Part shown: piece after piece, positions 27,945 to 32,223 of the stretch | Layout of the letters: every line of letters starts with the position of its first letter | How positions within the stretch are numbered: position 1 is the stretch's first letter | DNA from: a virus | Length of the DNA: 32,223 nucleotides | Direction: 5' to 3' (one strand) | UHGV virus genome: UHGV-1520234 | Position numbers and translations under genes: made by a program | Notes under the pieces: model-generated | Database searches by the model: none | Seen by the model: only the letters and a program-made list of their open reading frames with translations | Told to the model about the DNA's origin: nothing

Positions 27945-28813
27945 GCAGCCTCCCTCCCGAAGTCGAAATCAAGCTGCCCTCCAAATATTTCGCATGACTC
28001 AGAACAAGAGCCGGTATCGAATCTTTTAGCTCGTACCATGTCCTGATACAGGGCTTGATAATCATTTTCTGAATACATTTTCGCGATACCGTCCAGCGAC
28101 ATTCTTCCTCGGTACATAATCTCCTTTGGCGTTTCCCGATGTCCGTCACGCACATGCGATCCCGTGATGACCTCATTAAAAACACGCTGCAATCCCTCCT
28201 CATCTTTGCAGGCAAGTCCGATTTTTTGCGTTGATTTTTTAATGCAGAATATGCAGTTACCGAGATGTTCCGGTATTTGCAAATCGAATGGTTGTTGCTT
28301 CCACCATGCGAGGATATCTTCCTTCTCAAAGTCTGACAGTTCAGCAAGATATCTGATTCCAGGCTTTGGCTTTAGCCGCTTCGGTTCATCAGCTCTGATG
28401 CCAATCCACGTGGTGTAATTCCCTCGCCCGAAATGGTCATCACAGTATTTGGTGAAGGGAACGAGTTTTAATCTGTCAGTGCAGAACGCGCCGCCGACGT
28501 ATGGAGTGCCATATTTCTTTACCATATCGATAAATGGCTTCAGAACAGGCAGTCGCGTCTGAATATCCTTTGGTTCCCATACCGTATAACCATTTGGCTG
28601 CCCAAGCTCTGGGTTGATATCAACCTGCAATACGGTGAGCGGTATATCCCAGAACTTCACAACTTCCCTGACAAACCGATATGTCATTGGATGTTCACAA
28701 CCTGTATCCATGAAAACGTAATGCACGTCTTCACCTGCCCGTCGCTTTTGCTCCATTAGCCAGAGCAAATATGCTGACGTCCTGCCACCGGAGAAACTAA
28801 CGACATTTATCAT
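27941..28813 (-). CDS. ninC: NinC (PAPS reductase-like family)
   Basis: Track ORF extends upstream to 28873; the ATG at 28813 ([18 protein letters not shown]...) overlaps the ninB stop and gives 290 aa, the lambda NinC length. SFSGG P-loop-like motif typical of the PAPS reductase/ATP-PPase fold. Confidence 0.8.
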   Translation of the reverse strand: MINVVSFSGGRTSAYLLWLMEQKRRAGEDVHYVFMDTGCEHPMTYRFVREVVKFWDIPLTVLQVDINPELGQPNGYTVWEPKDIQTRLPVLKPFIDMVKKYGTPYVGGAFCTDRLKLVPFTKYCDDHFGRGNYTTWIGIRADEPKRLKPKPGIRYLAELSDFEKEDILAWWKQQPFDLQIPEHLGNCIFCIKKSTQKIGLACKDEEGLQRVFNEVITGSHVRDGHRETPKEIMYRGRMSLDGIAKMYSENDYQALYQDMVRAKRFDTGSCSESCEIFGGQLDFDFGREAA

Positions 28814-29250
28814 GCAGCCCTGTCTCCCCATCGCGCTTTCCACTCCAGAGCCAGTCGCGCTTCGTCTGACCACTTAACGCCACGCTCTGTACCGAATGCC
28901 TGTATAAGCTCTAATAGCTCCGCAAATTCGCTTACACGCATCCTGCTGGTTGACTGGCCTATTACCACAAAGCCATTCCCGGCAAGGTTAGGAACAACAT
29001 CCTGCTGCTTTAATGCTGCGGTAAACACACACTTCCAGCTTTCTGCATCCAGCCAGCGACCATGCCATTCAACCTGACGAGAGACGTCACCTAAGCAGGC
29101 CCATAGCTTCCTGTTTTGGTCTAAGCTGCGGTTGCGTTCCTGAATGGTTACTACGATTGGTTTGGTTGGGTCTGGAAGAATTTGCTGTACTGCGTGAATA
29201 GCGTTTTGCTGATGTGCTGGAGATCGAATTTCAAAGGTTAGTTTTTTCAT
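28810..29250 (-). CDS. ninB: NinB recombination protein (Orf family)
   Basis: Track ORF begins at a TTG at 29268; ATG at 29250 (MKKLTFEIRSPAHQQ...) with a G-rich RBS gives 146 aa, the lambda NinB length. Confidence 0.8.
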   Translation of the reverse strand: MKKLTFEIRSPAHQQNAIHAVQQILPDPTKPIVVTIQERNRSLDQNRKLWACLGDVSRQVEWHGRWLDAESWKCVFTAALKQQDVVPNLAGNGFVVIGQSTSRMRVSEFAELLELIQAFGTERGVKWSDEARLALEWKARWGDRAA

Positions 29251-29270
29251 GACTTCCCTCTCCCCCAAAT

Positions 29271-29298
29271 AAAAAGGCCTGCGATTACCAGCAGGCCT
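29271..29298 (-). terminator. tR2-like intrinsic terminator between the replication genes and the nin region
   Basis: Perfect 8-bp stem aggcctgc (29275-29282) / gcaggcct (29291-29298) with an 8-nt loop; on the minus strand it is followed by UUUUUAUUUG. Confidence 0.55.
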
Positions 29299-29327
29299 GT
29301 TATTAGCTCAGTGATGTAGATGGTCAT

Positions 29328-31208
29328 TTAATACTCCGTCACGTTTTCCTGTCGCCACGCCTCGTCATATTCCGATTTCGGCATATTGGCGATGTAGCTA
29401 TATGGCGATCCTGATTCAAGTTGCAGGAACTGGTGCGATTGCTCGTCAAGGAACAACGGGACACCACCTTCCCAACCTTCGCCGTTACGTTGTTTTTCAA
29501 GCATCAAAACAGATGCCGGAGATGCCAGTAGCTGTTCGTCCTTCTCTGACATCTTTTCACCACTCTGAACTCTCTGTAACGCTCTCTCGCGAGCCTTGTT
29601 ACGCCAGATGATGAAAAGGTTGTCTGTCAGGTCTGTTATCGCTCCAGAGCCTTTTACGTCCATTTTCCCGGTTGGTTTTTCTTCGCTGTCTCCTTTTCGC
29701 GAGTGAGTAACGAGAATGACGTGGGAGTTTGTTTTGTTTTTGAAGTCGCAAATCGAGTCAACAAACGCCTTCTGCCCGTTATAGTCATCGTCGCCTATGC
29801 CACATTTCATCAGGCTGTCGATGATGAATAACTGGATCCCGTATCGGCGGCGAGCGTAGTCGAATATTTCGATCAGCCTGTCGGCTTTCGCCGTTCCGGT
29901 CAGGCCAAACACCCAAAGTCTTTCGTCATAAAATTTAAATGCAGAGTCAATTTCCAGCACTGGCGGAATCTTGCAGCACGTCGCCTGACGGGTAAGGCGC
30001 TTAAGGAGAATACCAGGCTTCAGCTCAAGTGACGCGATGCACGTCTTCACACCCTGACGCATTGCCTCAAGTGCCATATGCCCGACAACCTCCGTTTTTC
30101 CGTGACCGTTCACACCATTGACCAGCGTCAACTCTGCCTCACGGAACTGGAATTTATCTGCCAGAGATTCCCACGGTGGATTAAACAGATACTGCTGCTT
30201 GCCGTAGAAAGCGTTGATAGTGTCCTGGTAAAACTCTCGCGCGCTGTAGAGTTCTTCAGGATCGAAGTAGGATGCCGTGCCGATGTACTGCCAGATTTCA
30301 TCCTCGGTAACACCGTTCATCAGGCATTCGTTGATGTCTTTGTACGGCAGAGTAACAAGACGGCAACGATGTTCACCGAGTCGGCTTGCGATTTCCCTTG
30401 CGGCTTCACGACCAACATCATCAACGTCCATCGAGATGAATATTTCCTCAAACCTGTCGAGGTTGTGATACTCAAACTCAATCCACTGCTGCTTAGCGCC
30501 TTTCCCGCCACCAAACGGCACGGATAACGCCGAGATGCCGTATTGCGCATAGCTCATACAATCAATTTCGCCTTCGCAAAGTACAACCGCCCTCACGCCA
30601 GCGTCCAGAGCCTGCCATCCGAACAGACAAGGTTCGCAATCACCTTCTGCCATAATGACTTTCTTCCCGTCCGGGCGCTCAGTGCTGATTCGCTTGACCT
30701 GCAACAACTCACCATCGCGTTTGTACGGAAGCACCAGAGCATCCAGTTCTCGTTCTCCATTCCACACCTTGCCGCTGACAACCTCGTAGCGCTTTACGAC
30801 TTCTGGCGATATGCCACGCGATTGCAGGTACTCAAGATGGGATTCTGTTCTGGTAACGTAGCGGGCGATTTTCTTGCGATCAGGCCTGGAGAATTTCTTC
30901 TCACGTCTGGCATCGAAATGGTGATCGTCATCCTTGATACCGAGAAATGCTTTCGCTTCCTGCATAGCCTGATGCAGGTTAATTCCACGACATGCCATCC
31001 ACAAATCAAGCATGTCACCGCCGTCTCCCTCAGCGAAATCAGCCCATTTTTTCTTGCCGCTAAGGTTGACCTTAAGGCTGTTTCCCTTGTCACCGTTGAC
31101 GTTACCGGCAACCCACTCATGCCCCTCTTTCTTGCCGTTTGGCAACAGGTGCGGAGCCACCCTGTCAACCTGCGCCCAAAGCAGGTCACTGAGTTCACTT
31201 GGCGTCAT
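29328..31208 (-). CDS. Bifunctional DNA primase / replicative helicase (Toprim N-terminal, DnaB-like C-terminal)
   Basis: 626-aa ORF with an ATG start; central acidic Toprim-like segment (VVLCEGEIDCMSYAQ) and a C-terminal Walker A (GVNGHGKTE) with a Walker B-like LFIIDS. Confidence 0.75.
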   Translation of the reverse strand: MTPSELSDLLWAQVDRVAPHLLPNGKKEGHEWVAGNVNGDKGNSLKVNLSGKKKWADFAEGDGGDMLDLWMACRGINLHQAMQEAKAFLGIKDDDHHFDARREKKFSRPDRKKIARYVTRTESHLEYLQSRGISPEVVKRYEVVSGKVWNGERELDALVLPYKRDGELLQVKRISTERPDGKKVIMAEGDCEPCLFGWQALDAGVRAVVLCEGEIDCMSYAQYGISALSVPFGGGKGAKQQWIEFEYHNLDRFEEIFISMDVDDVGREAAREIASRLGEHRCRLVTLPYKDINECLMNGVTEDEIWQYIGTASYFDPEELYSAREFYQDTINAFYGKQQYLFNPPWESLADKFQFREAELTLVNGVNGHGKTEVVGHMALEAMRQGVKTCIASLELKPGILLKRLTRQATCCKIPPVLEIDSAFKFYDERLWVFGLTGTAKADRLIEIFDYARRRYGIQLFIIDSLMKCGIGDDDYNGQKAFVDSICDFKNKTNSHVILVTHSRKGDSEEKPTGKMDVKGSGAITDLTDNLFIIWRNKARERALQRVQSGEKMSEKDEQLLASPASVLMLEKQRNGEGWEGGVPLFLDEQSHQFLQLESGSPYSYIANMPKSEYDEAWRQENVTEY

Positions 31209-31312
31209 GATTCCCTCAGATTGAGATTTTTAAACCAGAAATCGACAAACGAAATACTTAACCAGCCGTGGTTATAACCAGCGACCAGTAGCGATTTGAT
31301 TTTTGATTTCAT
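31205..31312 (-). CDS. Small coupled ORF between O and the primase-helicase (35 aa, not in the ORF track)
   Basis: Hand translation: MKSKIKSLLVAGYNHGWLSISFVDFWFKNLNLRES. ATG sits 3 nt after the O stop and the stop TGA overlaps the primase-helicase ATG (ATGA). Confidence 0.3.
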   Translation of the reverse strand: MKSKIKSLLVAGYNHGWLSISFVDFWFKNLNLRES

Positions 31313-31315
31313 GGT

Positions 31316-32176
31316 TCACCTGTCGAAAAACACGTAGCCAGTTTTCGATACGGTGATTGCGGATGATGGTTTGGATTGTGGTTGAATGGTTTCTGGCTTT
31401 TCGTCGTTCCAGCGCTGACCGTTCAAGTAGCTCGATGGTAACAACCTGTCGAATCCGAACTGCTTACCATTCCTGCATGCGATGTCTTCTGCCAGCATCG
31501 TGGCAAACTCGCTTGCCGTACCCCTGGTAGTTTTACGCCATTCCCTGAACTGTGTTCTGAATGCCGAAGCTGCGTTTTTTTTCCCGGCTTTCCGCATGCC
31601 TGCACACCAGAATATTTCCTCGAATGCCTTGTCGGTTTCTTCGTGACGGTCAGGTGATTTTTCACACTCCGTCCGAACACTTTCGGACATAGTGTTTTTA
31701 TTATTTCTTTTTTCTTTTGTAATAGTTTCTTTTGTGTGTCCCTGTTTTGGTGACAGCGCTGTCACCGTTTTGGTGACACTTTTTGTCACCAATGCAGTGA
31801 CATTATCACCAGAGTAGTGACACCCTTCGATTTGCCATTCCTCGATGTTCTTGTTAGGCCCGATTTGCTGGCCTTCGCGAAGGATAACCTTCATCGCGAT
31901 AAGCTCATTCTTGGCCTTGTTTACCTTCTGTCTTGGCAGCCTGGTAATTTGAGCTAACTGACTATCAGAGATGCAATCCATCTTTTTACCGTAGCCGTAT
32001 GTTTTACGGCATATGGCGTGGGCAACCTTGCTCTGATTTTTCGTTAAATCTGCGCCGATAAGCTCTTCATACAGGGCATTTGCAAGACGGGTATAACCAT
32101 CTTCAACTTCTGCCACACGACGCTCCACAGGCCGTTGTGAAGGCCTTAAATGTGTTACGGTTGCAAGATTACTCAT
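31316..32176 (-). CDS. O: Replication initiator, lambda O-like N-terminal domain
   Basis: 286-aa ORF with an ATG start and GGAGAAAGG RBS; the N-terminal ~110 aa align with lambda O as recalled (DGYxRLxNxLxExxxGADLTKxQxKV...KTYGxxKxMDxIxDSQLxxITxLP...GPNKNIxEW); iterons lie within the coding sequence. Confidence 0.75.
   Translation of the reverse strand: MSNLATVTHLRPSQRPVERRVAEVEDGYTRLANALYEELIGADLTKNQSKVAHAICRKTYGYGKKMDCISDSQLAQITRLPRQKVNKAKNELIAMKVILREGQQIGPNKNIEEWQIEGCHYSGDNVTALVTKSVTKTVTALSPKQGHTKETITKEKRNNKNTMSESVRTECEKSPDRHEETDKAFEEIFWCAGMRKAGKKNAASAFRTQFREWRKTTRGTASEFATMLAEDIACRNGKQFGFDRLLPSSYLNGQRWNDEKPETIQPQSKPSSAITVSKTGYVFFDR
31694..31735. other. AT-rich putative DNA-unwinding region of the origin
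   Basis: AT-rich stretch (tttttattatttcttttttcttttgtaatagtttcttttg) immediately on the O-downstream side of the iterons, the same order as in the lambda ori. Confidence 0.5.
31735..31825. repeat. Replication origin iterons inside the O gene
   Basis: Four spaced inverted-repeat units built on GTGACA/TGTCAC half-sites: perfect 18-bp palindrome ggtgacagcgctgtcacc (31749-31766), ggtgacactttttgtcacc (31772-31790), gtgacattatcacc (31797-31810), gtgacac (31818-31824). Confidence 0.6.
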
Positions 32177-32223
32177 GACCTTTCTCCTTCTGCATCAGCT
32201 TCACTTTTTCCAACTCAGCCCGG

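Noticed and set aside
31735-31825. Possible CRISPR-like repeat array
   Set aside because: The repeats are short inverted-repeat iterons without unique spacers of regular length, they sit inside the O-like initiator gene beside an AT-rich stretch, and there are no cas genes; they are ori iterons.
32177-32223. Partial upstream ORF on the minus strand running into the O start (cII-like position)
   Set aside because: Only about 15 codons are visible, an open frame overlapping the O ATG; too little sequence to call a gene or a product.

Overview
This window is a near-complete late and replication region of a mosaic lambdoid (pro)phage, viewed antisense: almost every gene is on the minus strand. 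From right to left: a lambda O-like replication initiator with internal ori iterons, a Toprim primase/DnaB-like helicase, a tR2-like terminator, a lambda-type nin region (ninB, C, D, E, one extra ORF, F, G, H, ninI phosphatase), antiterminator Q with a PR'/qut-like promoter and short terminated leader, a lambda-type lysis cassette (S with dual start, R, Rz with embedded Rz1), a Rha-family gene, small and large terminase, portal, Mu-F-like head morphogenesis protein, scaffold/capsid genes, a contractile-tail module (sheath, tube, chaperone with a predicted -1 frameshift, tape measure), Mu-like baseplate genes, tail fibre and tail fibre assembly protein. A P22 immI-like cassette (ant, arc, divergent mnt, with palindromic operator) plus a signal-peptide protein gene is inserted between baseplate genes and bracketed by intrinsic terminators. 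All family assignments are from reading the translated ORFs against remembered protein families; no database search was run. I did not find a convincing multi-gene novel system; the best candidates for unexplained biology are the secreted ORF beside the immI cassette, an AT-rich antisense small ORF between terS and rha with ~300 bp of silent DNA, the extra ORF in the nin region, and a 35-codon coupled ORF between O and the helicase.
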